A stretch of 64,000 nt of DNA. Origin: Vicugna vicugna. Its lineage: Eukaryota. Where the stretch lies: NCBI GenBank assembly GCA_013265495.1, contig MU058065.1:9031819-9095818 (forward strand), in the 5' to 3' direction. The notes below the pieces were generated by a model, which had not been told where the DNA came from, did not search any database, and saw only the letters and a list, made by a program, of their open reading frames with translations. Each line of letters opens with the position of its first letter. Positions within the stretch are counted from its first letter, which is position 1. Shown here piece after piece: positions 1 to 13,100 of the stretch. A program made the translations under genes and the position numbers.

Positions 1-137
1 CTCATGTCACTGGTTATAAAACAATGCCAGCCCTTCTCTGCAGCGTGGACAGTACAGATGGCCACATGATAGAGGACACCCACGTAGGCTGTGAGAAATT
101 CAGAGGCTACCCTCTTCTGGGACAACTGTGACAACTA

Positions 138-422
<285 letters not shown>

Positions 423-511
423 TCAAAGACTAAAATTTATTGCACTTGCCTTTAATCCATTCACAAAGAACAGACCTAAATTTGTTTTGAGTATAATCAA
501 AAGTCAATGGC

Positions 512-643
512 GGGGGAGGGTAAAGCTCAGTGGTAGAGCACATGCTTAAAACGCATGAGGTCCTGGGTTCAATCCCCAGTACCTCCATTAAAAAATAAAT
601 AAATAAACCTAATCACCTCCCCACCACCAAAAAAAAAAAAAAA
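512..643 (+). mobile_element. tRNA-derived SINE (camelid Vic-1-like)
   Basis: GGGGAGGGTAAAGCTCAGTGGTAGAGC (A box), GGTTCAATCCCC (B box), tail AAATAAATAAACCTAATCACCTCCCC plus poly-A. Confidence 0.9.
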
Positions 644-834
644 CAGTGCCTGAATTATTCTTATACAGATTAAATATCAATACTCTATGAAGAATGTAAG
701 AAACTGCAACTATTTTCCATGCTATGACACTAAATTTGCTTAAAAAGAAAAGAGGAAGAGAAAAGGGGGAAAAAAAACAACAGCATAAAAATAAGAACCT
801 AATGATCGTATGGAACAAATAGTCTATAACTCAC

Positions 835-929
835 CCATCAATCCAAAGGGGAAGAATGTGTTTCTTAATTAGATCTAATATTGCTTCAAGCCACGTCCAG
901 AAGGTAAATGATTTACCAGGTAGGTGTTC
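835..929 (-). CDS. STAT4: STAT4 exon 19 (95 bp): [31 protein letters not shown](G)
   Basis: Acceptor ccaatag|GAA, donor GG|gtgagt; translation matches the linker/SH2 junction. Confidence 0.97.
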
Positions 930-1168
930 CTATTGGAATGAACAAACATGTTAGGATAATGATTATTTTAATAGTAATGTTCATATAATAATTCAAGTTC
1001 CTTTAAAAAATAAGACATTTCCTTTAAATGAGATAACACTTTAGAATCTTTTTAAAAAAATAATCTTATCTTGGAAACCCTCAAAACCCAGGCTATGATG
1101 TTGGGGCTTAAAAAGGAGCACTGGAAAAAAAAAAAGGTTAATTGACGCTACCCTCCCGCTGTGTGTAC

Positions 1169-1218
1169 CTTGCAGAACTTGGCCCAGGTGAGATGACCAT
1201 CACTGTAGCTAGACTGGA
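1169..1218 (-). CDS. STAT4: STAT4 exon 18 (50 bp): (V)QSSYSDGHLTWAKFCK
   Basis: Acceptor tttcattttag|TC, donor AAG|gtacac. Confidence 0.96.
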
Positions 1219-2449
1219 CTAAAATGAAAGAGAAGAATGAGATTTTTATTAAACAATTTCATTAAACAATAGAACAAATTAGACTCTTCAATTTGGAATT
1301 CAATTTAGAAATTTAGATCCCTCCCACCCTGCCCCTTTCAAGCATTTCCTAAGCTGTGGGTTTACACTGTTCTTCATGCTAAAAACAGTAAAAATACAAG
1401 AGATCATGAAACTTATTATCTAGGAAAGAATTCTTTTCAATGGAGGAGCTAAAGATAGCCTTAAGAAATGGATGGGTGTCTAGAACCAGGCCTTCGTGAA
1501 TAGATAGGATATAAATTGTCAGAGGAGCAGGAAGAGGCCACTCCAGTAGCAAGAATAATGTAGGATGGGGCACAGTGGACATGAGCACGGCTTATATAGG
1601 AGACAGTAAGAGCAGCCTAATGTTGGTAAATAAACATTATAAAGTAAGTTTGTAGAAGCCAGATTGCCAGGAGCCTTGAATTTTATCACAAAGTGAATGA
1701 ACTAGATGAGATCCATTTGGCAATAAGGAACCACTGACTGTTCTGATCCAGGGCAATGAAAGAAGAGTTCCTGTCTAAAATTTAAGGACAGTATAAGAAT
1801 AATTTGATGAAGATCTGAAAGGCTAGGGCTGCATCTGTACTACATATTTAGAAGCTTTATTCACTCATTAATATTTATTGAATGCCTACTGTTGTGCTTT
1901 ATGATTTAAATAAGGATAAAAAGGGGTATTTACATTAAGTGATTTTTGTAATCTTCCCCAAAGCCTTGATTTATTTAGACACCTATTGATCAGAAAGTTG
2001 GTACAAGAGGCAACCCAGCATCACTTGTAAGTCAAACTAAACCAAGTCACAGACGATTTCACTGCTGCCGCTCAAATGCCTCTTTGGCCCTACCTTACCT
2101 AGAAATGTATACAGATCCAATTTTAACTCTCTTTTTGGTGCTAAATGTGTTTACCCTAGACTTGTTAAAATACACATACCTTTTAAAAATCTTTTAGTAA
2201 AAGCTTACAATGGAGTCACTACATGGAGTACACATGTTTCGACTTTGCAAACTTAGGAAGCATCAATCAAAACTGAAATTCTCTTGCTATGAAGAATTAA
2301 GTATTAGCTGGGTGGTTTTAAATTTCTGTTAAATTTCCTGGCCCTGGGATCAGCTATTTTCCGGATGGCTAATGACCATTGTGCTGTTAATATGAAAGAT
2401 CAAGGCACCATTATGACTTCACATTATATTCAGTGGAAATGGCATAAGA

Positions 2450-2700
2450 ACACCTTGGAGGCTGGAGTGTGGAATAGAAAGGAAGGGGCTTCAGGACTGG
2501 ACAGGCCTGGCCTGCATCTTGGCCCTGCTTGTACTAGCCCTGCAGCCGTGGCAAGTCCCTTAACCTCTGAATTTAAGAAGACTCATTTATAAAACAGATA
2601 GAATAATGATTTATCCTTATTATTCTGCCTTAAAGTACTTTTGTGAGAAAGATAATATAGCATTTAGCCCTGTGCATAGCAATATAACAGGAACACAATA
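2450..2700 (+). mobile_element. MIR SINE (degenerate)
   Basis: tactagccctgcagccgtggcaagtcccttaacctctg...ctcatttataaaa resembles the MIR core. Confidence 0.6.
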
Positions 2701-2807
2701 AATTATGACAATCATTATTATTATTAATTGCAGTAACATCACCCTCGGTCTTTAAAACACTTGAGTACTGAAAGTGGGACAAGCCCTTCACATCTACCAG
2801 TTCTCAC

Positions 2808-2943
2808 CTGTAAGCTTCTCGGCCAGCATGTTGAGTTGATCAGAGTTAAGACCACGGCCGACATATGATGAAAACTGCCAGCTCATCACTTCTAGGAGTT
2901 GACTCAAAGTGGCAGATGGAGGGTTATTAAAGAAAACCAAGTT
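2808..2943 (-). CDS. STAT4: STAT4 exon 17 (136 bp): [45 protein letters not shown]
   Basis: Acceptor ctttcag|AAC, donor ACAG|gtgaga; linker domain. Confidence 0.97.
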
Positions 2944-4739
2944 CTGAAAGAGTTGTAGTGATGATTGTATTTGTTAATCACACTGAACACACTGTAGTTC
3001 AATATACAGGATTCCTGACTGAAACTCTTTAGGCCAACTTAAGTTAACAATACAGAATATTGTCTCATCTCTGTTGTGCTTTGTAATTAAGACCGATTTT
3101 GTCTTTTCCTAAAGAGCTCTTTGTTCTTTGAGTCTAATGTAACATATGGCCCTGTCTTATCCTTGAATGACTCATTGGGCAGCTCTTTAACTTTCCCTGG
3201 ACTATGTGCTATCAGTCAACTCATACAAGTACTTAACACTGTCCAACAGTTAGACAGATACCCCCTTCTGAGATAATATTAATCTTAAACAAAACCTATA
3301 TATGTTATTCAATTGGTTTATCATGGGTTGGTACAAATTATACCTTGAACAGACAAAGCATCCCAAAGCACAAAAACAGTTAAGTCCCAGGTTAAGGAAG
3401 GAAGGGGAACCTACAATATGAATTCATAATTAAACTGAAAATCTGGTTTTACTGATAGTACAGGAATCTTTTCTTATTTTGCTCTAAATAAGAGTTTCTT
3501 CTGTACGATCAACTGCAAATAAGATGGTTTGTACCAGAAACTGGGTCAACAGTGGTGAAACAGAAGACTTTGCCTCAGATTACTGGGAAGCGTAAAGTGT
3601 GAAAACCAAGCAAGATATCTTAAGAAGGGAAGGGGGAAGACTTGAAAAAGGGAGAAGAATTGAAAATTGGGGAGAAAGTCTCTGGTGAACATGAACTAAG
3701 CTGGGCAGCAAGAAAAGGAATCAATTCAAGAAATTTCCAAAGATGAGAATAAAAGAGGACACAGCATCCAGCAAGGAAAGGGAGATAAGAAGGGGGAGGA
3801 ACAGACAAAAAGAATCTCTAGAAAGATAGTATTCCTTGAACCTGAGGACTGCATCTGCATAAAAGACCTCAAAACATAGAATAAAGGTCTAGGAGCTTAG
3901 GTTTGGAAGCAGAATAGAATTAAGAAGAGAAGCCAGAGTTAGTTGTTATTCTGAACCCTGTAAGTAGGCTGTGCATTTATGTGTTAGGAGCTGTCTATGA
4001 AATACATCTCCAGGTTCCTCAACCAAGGCTAGAGCAGAATCTGAGATGGTTGGTGTGACAACTTTGATAGCTTTCTTGTAGAAGAAGGCTGCTGAAGAAA
4101 GCTAAGGGCAGCAGCACTGCACTCTGAGGCTGGAGGACAGAGAAGCATTCCATCTTCCCTCCTACATCCTGGAGTTGGATGAAAAGCTCCAAACGTGTGT
4201 AGCTCCTGATGGGGAATGACATTAAATCTCAGAAATGTGGGCTATTCTTGGTTTTAAAGACCATGTAACCTTTCTAGTGAGTTCTGTTCTCACTGCAGGC
4301 TGAGAGGAGGCAAGGCACAGGCAGTCTTTCTGTCTGCAGTTAATCTGCCTCAGATGCCAGGGCACCAGAGGATGAGAAGGAATAGGGCCGAGTCACCTTC
4401 CATGTTGTTTCCTTGTTAGGCACACTCAGTAAAAGGGAAAGAACGCTTGGAGCTGACTCATTGTGACTGTTACTATTGCTAGGACCTAAGACAAAAGAAT
4501 TCTTCTCTTTGGAGGGAAAAATTGCTCTGAAATCAAGAATTGTTATTGTTTACAGCTGACCTATTTTCTCTAGACCTTGGTGGTTTCCAGGAAAATACAC
4601 TGGGGTTTTGCAAGAGGGAACAGGGGAAATGCTACTTATCTTTTGTGCCCCGCCTTTCCTTGGTGGTCTTTTAAGAAGAGCTTCTATTCTTGGCTTGCTT
4701 TGAAACTGGAGGCCAATTTTTGATCCGTATCTTAAATAA

Positions 4740-4755
4740 CCACCAGATGGCACTA
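4740..4755 (+). promoter_or_regulatory. CTCF core motif candidate
   Basis: CCACCAGATGGCACTA fits the consensus CCASYAGRKGGCRS. Confidence 0.6.
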
Positions 4756-5309
4756 AAACCCAATTTTAGGCCAGAGTGTATTACATAAAAACAGCTTGAA
4801 TGGATTAAATCTATAATCAACTCAAAAATTTGTACAGAGTGTCATTAGGCAAGAAGGATGAATATTCTAGTCACTTATTTGGAAACCAATTCTCCACCTG
4901 TGTGGAAGAGCCTGTGTGGAGAAGGTGTGGCCAGAATAGGTGAGGAGGTAAACACCGCAGTCAGACATCAAATTCTGGAGCCGAGTCTCCCCAGAGCCCA
5001 GCTAACAGAGCCACAGGATGACCCTGGAACTCTCTGTGATGCACATAGGTGGGAGCTGACCAGACCCTCAGAAGTAACAAGTACTTATCTGTCACTATTG
5101 CTAGCCTCTCAGAGTCCAAGTACATCAGAACACATCACTTTAAATATGACATGAGGGAGGACTCATACAACTGAATATACTAGAGTTCTGGAATAAAAAA
5201 CCCCACAAAGACAGGTATATATCTATGTATCTTCTGATGCAGATTGGTTTTGTTGACAATAAAACAAATCAATTGGAATTAAAGAAGGAGAAACAGGAAC
5301 AGAGACTAC

Positions 5310-5408
5310 CTGGGAATCGTTGGTTGACACATTGTACCAAATAATGGATGCCCAAGCGTTAGGTAACTGACTGACATTGGAAATCATCACCACAGGTAAC
5401 GAGCTGGT
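5310..5408 (-). CDS. STAT4: STAT4 exon 16 (99 bp): TSSLPVVMISNVSQLPNAWASIIWYNVSTNDSQ
   Basis: Acceptor ttttaaacag|ACC, donor CAG|gtagtc; DNA-binding domain VVMISN motif; overlaps ORF 5223..5429. Confidence 0.97.
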
Positions 5409-6264
5409 CTGTTTAAAAAAAAAAAGCATAATTATTACAGGTAGTCACACAGTACATGACTTCACACTTGATCCTCTCCCCTAAAGGCCATCTCAAGCCA
5501 ACCTCACTCCTCCAATCCTGGTGTCTACACTGCCCTGGTCACTAAAATGACATGTGAAGGCACTGGAACCTTCGGAGAATATATGAATCAAGGTACAGGG
5601 ATGAAGGAAGTTATAAAAACAAGAATCCTTTCAGACTGCGCGGTGAGTTAGCTTCCCCAATGTCTTCCCTGACTCTGTAGCTGTTTATACTTTCTTATAT
5701 CACATACTGCCTAGAATGCAACTAATTAAAGCTGGTATTGACTTAGCAACTTTTCTCTTAATAAGTTACATTAAAGAATCTAATTTTAAGTTTATCTCTG
5801 GAATGGATTAATATATTCAAATTATGATCTAACATCTAATTAATGACAGTTCCAGACATGGGAGTATTAACTGTAGAAGACGGAGAGCGATTTTGGAATA
5901 CGAAGCACAATGGGAGACAGGGCTGCCCCATCTGTTGTTGGAGCTCTCAACTTTGTACTGTTGGGGCTGAAGTTTTCCACCTTATGGAATAGACAGGCTT
6001 CACTAGTTTAATGAAGACTAGTCTGGGAAACTTAACACCTTATAGTAATACTTTCCCATTAACAGAGGTTAGATTGCTTACAGACAGTGAAATGCCCAGT
6101 TGAGGAACTTAATAGCTCATGGAAGCAGACATTTAGGGAAAATAGACAAGGAAGGAATCTATAGAAAATTTTATGAACATGTTTACATTCGTTAAGATAA
6201 AAGGCAGAACTCTAAAATGATGTATCCCACAAATAGGACCATATTCAGGTGGGTGAAACCGTGT

Positions 6265-6405
6265 TTGTTCATTCATGCACTCATTCATTCATTTAATCAA
6301 CAAACATAGAGTGTCTACTGTGTACCGGACATTGGGCTAGGCCCTGGTAATGGAGGGGTAAACAAGGTGTGATGTCCTGCCTTCAAGGAACTCATGGTCA
6401 GTCAT
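6265..6405 (-). mobile_element. L2 LINE 3' end
   Basis: (TTCA)n tail followed by caacaaacat...tactgtgtaccggacattgggctagg...cctgccttcaaggaactca. Confidence 0.7.
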
Positions 6406-6927
6406 GTTCCACTTAATCCCCAGTTTCTTTATACCTTCTTTGAGTTCAATGGTGACTATTATAAAGGGATTAAAACAAGGTACCGGTGATGTTCCTATCA
6501 TTGGTCGTTGCTCATTACACTAGAAAAGACTTTCTTCTGAGGGATTTTTTTATGTACAAGTTAAATTTTTGAAAATATATCATATGTGACATGGTTCAAA
6601 TATACTCATTTCCCTCTAGGCTTTCCAACAAATACCCATGGCTCAGGGAATCCCAGAAAACAAACAAACATACATACAGTCTGGGCAACAAATTATTCAA
6701 TATGTATTGCATTCATAATGACTATGAGATTTTTATCATTTATATTTAAGCAGAATAATATATGTTGACTAACTAGTGAATATTTGACATGTTGATTTTC
6801 TAAATTAAAAGAAAAATAATGAATAAGGAATGCTAAAACCTAGAAAAGAGTGAGCTTTCATCTTCAAATGCTGACCAGTTCCTGAAAATGTTATTAGTAA
6901 ATAGTTGATATTCGTAGAAACACTTAC

Positions 6928-7011
6928 CTCCAAATCTATGGTCAGGCCATAGAGGCAGATCTGTGTCTCAAAGGTTATGGAATGAAGCTCTTCAGTCACC
7001 ATGTGACAGCC
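6928..7011 (-). CDS. STAT4: STAT4 exon 15 (84 bp): GCHMVTEELHSITFETQICLYGLTIDLE
   Basis: Acceptor cccccttag|GGC, donor GAG|gtaagt; VTEELH DNA-binding domain motif. Confidence 0.97.
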
Positions 7012-7419
7012 CTAAGGGGGAAAAAATGAATTGTTATCTTACAAATGCAGAGTAGCTATCTATTATTAGGCCTGCTTTTATAAAAATTAACAAATTCTTA
7101 AATACCCTCAAACATTTTGTAATACGGGACATTCCCTCCTACTATTTAAAAAGTTATTTAGTGTGTACACAGAATTTGAGAAATCTTCATTTCCACAAAC
7201 AGAATGATTTTAAGTCTCCAAAACAGTATAATTTCTGGCTTCTTCAATTCCAGCATATTTTCTTCAGTTGAAATTCAGACAAATAGTTCTTTATTTTTAA
7301 TTTTGGAAGTTAGTCTTTTTGACTTATCAACTATTAATAAAAGCAAGCCTTATGTGTGTAGCTATAACAGAAACAAGTCAGTGTCATAATGGATTTGTTT
7401 AAAAAGACAGCAAGATTTC

Positions 7420-9990
7420 CTTCTGGTTAAACTCGGTGAGTGGAATACATGTACTTTCCTCATCTCCTTCCAAGATACTTCGGTAAAGTAACAGCCACAG
7501 TTTTATTTGCTTTCCAATATAGTAAAACGGTAATCTAGGTCTCTGAGTGAGAGGTCAGGGGGTTGGGGGTGAGAGTGGCAATTAGAAGCAGTGGGTCTCA
7601 GAACCAGGGGTTGGAAGCCTTGAGCCCCCTGAGGCTGGAGTGTGTGGGGTGAATGGGAGAAGCAGTTACAAGCCACTGCTCATGCAATGAAGTCCCCAGT
7701 CTTCCCCGACCCTGGCAGAAGACAAGAAGTTTACTCTCTGGAGAGGATGAATCAGAGGAACCAGAGCGCTCTCTGCATTTTTCATCCAAGGCCAAGCTGA
7801 GGGAAGGGTGAGGCACTGTGCTGGAAGATCCTGCAAAATCTAGGGAAGCCCATGCCCCTTTCTCTGCTTGACATCTCCAGGAAAGATACCTGGGAGGAAG
7901 ACCAGACCAAGGGAGACAACTTACCGATACTGCTTTGGGGTACCCCAAGAAAACAGCCAGGTCCTAATAATCATCCTGAAGTCTAAATCCCCACCATGCA
8001 CAAAGAATTTCCAATTTTTTTAGTGCTTTCTCCAGAACAGTAAGCTAATGATCATTCAACACTTGACATGAAGTATAGATATAAAAATCAACAATGAAGA
8101 ACTCAAAAAAAAAAAAAAGATAATGTGAGCAGCAAATGAAGAATAAAAAAACTATACTAAAAAAACATATGTCAGGCTCAGGTTTATATATCAGACCAAC
8201 AAATAAATGGCATGGGAAAGGAGCCAACCAACCAATGTAATGGCTTGGATATTGATTTGTACAAACAAACTGTAAAAAGATCTTTTTGATACAGTGGAGA
8301 AATTTGAAAAAGTAATGAAGTTTTATTAAGGACAGATTTCAAGAAATTGTTATTTTTGTTTTTTGTGGTAAGGGTATTGGGTTAGGTTTTAAAAAATTTT
8401 TATCTTCTGTATATAGTCCTCTATACTTCACTACAAAACATTACTGAGAAAAATTGAACAACATCTAAGTAAATGCTGGACATACCATGTTTATGTATTG
8501 GAAGATTCAGTATTGGAATTATATTACTATGTATAAACATATTCCCAACAAATTTAGATTTCTGACAAATAAATTATATCACTTTATTAAAAAAATGATA
8601 GAATGATAAAAAATTCTTTCTTCTAGATGAGTACCTACCCAAAATATCAATGAGGAAGATGCTATACTACCTGGAATTTAAGTATTCCAGAAAAAAATGT
8701 GTTTTGGGGAAAATAAATTAAATAAGATAGGCAAAATATTAATTATTATTGAAGTTAGGTAATATATAAATGAAGGTTCATTGTATTTCTCTATATAGTT
8801 TTGTATATTTGTGTATTATATATGTTATATATATATTTGTTCATTAAAAAGTTCTTATAGATGTTTAAAAGAGTTTTCAGATGTTATATCCTTACAGATG
8901 TCACAAATATATTACATTAGTGAAAGACTAGTATACTATCAAAAGGAACATTCAGAAAATAATAACGAACAATTAAAAATATAATCAGAGAAATAGGCCA
9001 AAAAAAAAAAGTAGAAGAACTGAAAGTAGGGTGGAGAAAATGTCCCAGAAAGTAAAACAAACAAACAAACAAACAAATAAAAAATAGGATAGAAAAGATA
9101 ACAAAGAATAAACAAACTCCAACAATAAACTAACAGAACTTCCGGAAAAAGAACAAAGAAAATGGCGTAGAGGAAATATCAAAGGCATAACCCAATGGTA
9201 ACTCTTACACATTTCTATTTTTTTTTCATATAAGTGCAGTCAGTTACAATGTGTCAATTTATCTTATACATTCTGATGGGAGTTGATACCATCACTTTGG
9301 ACAATAATTTCTCAATGTCTCATTAAGTAGAAGATGCACTCCCCAGGATGATGGTGAGAGGAAGTTGAGGAAAAAAAAACAAAAAACAAAAAATGATTGT
9401 GCAACAGGATCAGAGACAATCAGCCCAGACTGGAGCAAGAGATGGAGGGCTCCCAGAGGGATGCTGCCAAGAAGAAAGAAAAAGACAGAAATTCAGATTG
9501 ACCTGTTGGGCTGTATTTTAAGGAGCTTTCAAGTTCTGAAGGAACATTTGGAGCTACATTAGAAACAGGTACATAAAATAAATTGATCAAATAAAAAAAA
9601 TTGAAGCAACTAATAATTCCAGGGAAAACTAAAAAATAATACAAGAATGGAAATACAATCATATTATGTTACATGGCTCAGCTGTTAACAATTTTTATAT
9701 AATCATAGTAATGTAAACATTGAATATATTAACTAACCAAAATATGTTATATGATAATATTGTGAAAATGGGGGAAATGGAGAGCTGGTATAAGAGAGCC
9801 ATAGCTTAATCTTTTATAGAAATAATTCAGGAGTTAAGTGCATACAAGGAAAAAAAAATCAAGAAATATCAGTATGATATTAGCATGATATTTACAGCTG
9901 AAAAAGTGATCACCTCTAGGGAGATGGTTTAGGGTGGGAAGTAGTGGGACAGAAATTGCTGTTTTTTTCCAAGATAAAATCTTACAGCAC
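7420..9990 (+). mobile_element. Cluster of old, degraded L1 (L1MC/ME-like) fragments
   Basis: A-rich; L1-like words such as ctaagtaaatgctggacataccatgtttatgtattggaagattcagtatt and aacaaactgtaaaaaga. Boundaries approximate. Confidence 0.55.
9218..9260 (-). mobile_element. Tiny 5'-truncated L1 3' end
   Basis: poly-T + agtcagttacaatgtgtcaattt, flanked by imperfect TSDs tcttacacatt / tcttatacatt. Confidence 0.6.
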
Positions 9991-10004
9991 CTTGCTGTGT
10001 GCCC

Positions 10005-10115
10005 AGGACCAGCAGCGCTGTCATCATCTAAAGGCTTGTTAGAAAAACAGCATCTCTGGTCTCATCCCAGGCCTACTGAACCAGATTCTGCATTTTAACA
10101 AGAACCCCAGGTGGA
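10005..10115. mobile_element. MER5-like hAT DNA transposon remnant
   Basis: ggaccagcagc...gcttgttagaaa...cctactgaaccagattctgcattttaacaagaaccccaggtg. Confidence 0.7.
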
Positions 10116-13100
10116 ATTTATGAGGCAGTTGTTCTCAGTGTGATATATCCACATTGTGTTTAGTCTCAAAAGGGATGTGGAATATTTGGAGACAGTATAG
10201 AAGGCTTAAACAATTTTAAAAAGAAGCCCTGTGGGAACATATGAACAGAACAGGAATTACCCAGACTAGATACGTTGGGGTGGAGTTGGGGGCGGCAGAG
10301 CCAGCTCTGGGACAAAGGGAGATCTACTATTGAATGTGTGTTAATAACAAGCCAGAATCCATTTGTATTAAGTTTCAAAAAATAAAAATAGTTCTAGTAT
10401 GATGATATGGATAACAAGTACATGAGGAAGACTTTACTGATAATGAGGAATGTTAAAATAGAATTTGTTACTGAAAAGGCAGTAGAAAAGCTAAATCTCC
10501 TCTCTCCCCTGGGCTAGATCACTGTATGCCACACGGCCAGAGGTAGTTGGATTAACTAAATGGGACTGCTTCTCCCTAGGTTAATAGAAAGTTATGCTAC
10601 TGAAAATTCCACTTGAAGATTTCCCGAAATCACCCCTAAAATTACCCCCAGTACATCCAGCACACCAAACAACCAACCCCCTAGCCCAACACCCTCCTAC
10701 AGGTTGAAATAAATAAATAAACCGCTCTTTCTTTGAGCATGAGATGAAGTAGTTGGCTTATGTTTAAGCACCAAATTGAACAAAACCTACCCATTTGCAA
10801 ACAGATACTTCCCCTACCCTATGGGGAGGAGGTGTTTATACTATGCGAAGCAGAAACAAATGAAGAATCCACGAGTTCCAGTTCACTAATGGGTGCCACG
10901 GTGGACATGATACAAGTCTGTGCAGAACATCTGGGAGCCTGCGGTAAGAGCACAGATGAAGACCACATGCCATCTGTCTAAATATTTAACCGTGATAAAT
11001 CAAGTTAACAAACTGTGAGAATATGGTCTTAGCCTCCTGCCTTGACATCTAAGCTTTCACATGACCTAACGGGCTAGGTTTTAACTCCTCAAACTCCCAC
11101 TGAAACATAATGGCCTGGGGAAAGCATGGCCATCCTGAGCCATTGTCCACTCCCCTCTCTTCCACTTCTGTGAAGGGTCTCCCATGACTAGTGTGGCCTC
11201 AAGGTCTCGCCTTGTGCCTAGAAATGTGTGCATTGACAGCGTCATCTGTGCCTGGGAGAGCAGCCCTGGGGAAGAGGCTTGAACAAGCCCTGGAAGTGGG
11301 CTCGAGGGCTTTGGGGCTGGGAATTGTGTGGTCCTGGACTCTGAGTGAGCATATAGCACATTTTTCTTTGTAGGCAGGACCTCAGCTGGAGGACAGCCAA
11401 TGGGAGCCTTTTTAAACTCTTATTTCTCCCATTCTAGCCCCAATACTTTAATGTGTGTAATTAAGTATATATATCTGATAAGTCATAATGGAAAATTCCC
11501 TCATATCTTTGGGCTATGTTACATGTGTGCTGACTGTACAAATGGCAAGAGTGAGGACTCCACAAATAGAGCAGTGACGTCCATTAACTTTGGAAAAAAA
11601 CCTTGTGCTTTAGATATTATTTTAATGAACTGGAATGTGGATGGTGAGAGGTTTTCTTAGAGATTCAAACTGATTTCTATTATTTACTTAAAACTGCTGA
11701 TGCAATTGTGAGGCACATTTAGAATGAAATTCAGCAAGGAAGCTGACATATAATACACATGACTGGAGAAGGGTGGCTCTGACAGAAGGAAGCGTCATTC
11801 ATTTTCAAAGCCTGCATGGCCATTTATTTTATCAGTGCAATCCAAGCCAGACACACCATTCAGTCTCACGTTCCTGGGGTCCATTCCTTACAGATTGGGA
11901 AAACATCAGAGATAAGATGCATCATTGGTGTCTGTGTTAAGAGCCATTTTAATCATCTGAGATGATTATAGATTTAAAATATCCATATTTATGTTATATG
12001 GCATTAAATATTATAACTGGACTGACTGCATTGTACTTCTAAAGAAAAGTACCACTGGATAATCTGCTAAGAAACTGGAAAACTGGCTGAAAAACCTGAC
12101 AAGGGCTCCACCTGGAAAAAAATACACAACCTAATGAAAGGTAGATCTGGAAGTCGTGTTGTTTTCCGTTTGCTCAGTGCCTAGTAGCACACCCTGAAAA
12201 CCTAGAATATGTTAACAAATGGTCGTGGCTTTTGGCTTTTGACTTGGAAGACAACATCTAACAAGAACATACGACTGGGATAAGAATGATTTTCATTGAA
12301 ATTTCTTGCTCATCTTTTAACAAGTTGCATCTATGACAATGTTGCACATGGGAAAGTATGTGGAATAGAAAACAACTGTAATAATCCATTCACTTAATAA
12401 GTATTTGCTGAGTCACTATCATCTGCTAGACACTGGCCTAGATGCTGGGAAACAGTGACAAGAGGGGAAACAATGGTACAACCACAGGAAAGCTAGATCC
12501 CAATCAAAGAATTACAGGAAATGAATGCAAAATGACAACGAATTTTCGGCCCATAAAATAAGGGACTGTAAGGAAGGTGTTGCATTAAAAAGTCTACATT
12601 TTAAGTGTTATTCTTGTACCAATGTCTGTCTCGAAAAAAGCATTGCAACTACTTAAATTAGTTCAAAAGGAAATCAGCTTCCTGTGAAAATGCTCGGGCT
12701 AGTTGGAGTGAGTGGTGGGTCTGTGTTTGAGAACACTGAACCTTGAAAGAACATCTGTTTGGCTATTTTGTTAAATGAAACTCAAGTCACCCAGGCTTTA
12801 CTAATAGCTTCTTTGTGCTCCATGACTTTCCACCACATAAACAAAATTACCTAACACCTCAGTCTATGGCTAAAACTGTCATTTATCAGTTAAAGCCTAC
12901 AGACAAAGAGTAAACTCAAGGGACCGCAATTCCAGCCTCCCTGTTCAAACCGTCTCCACATTTCAACAATCACTTTCTAGCAGGCTCCCTGCCAGATAAG
13001 GACCTCCGGGAAAAGCTGCTTCCTGGGAGTGTTTAGTTTACAGGGACAGACTGAAGCCTTCACAAGATTTGACCACTTGCTAGGTGATAAAATCTGTTCT

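Noticed and set aside
512..590. tRNA gene (A and B boxes present; same for 14909-15003 and 63411-63490)
   Set aside because: Multiple diverged copies with A-rich tails, and a clear TSD on one copy; these are SINEs, not tRNA genes.
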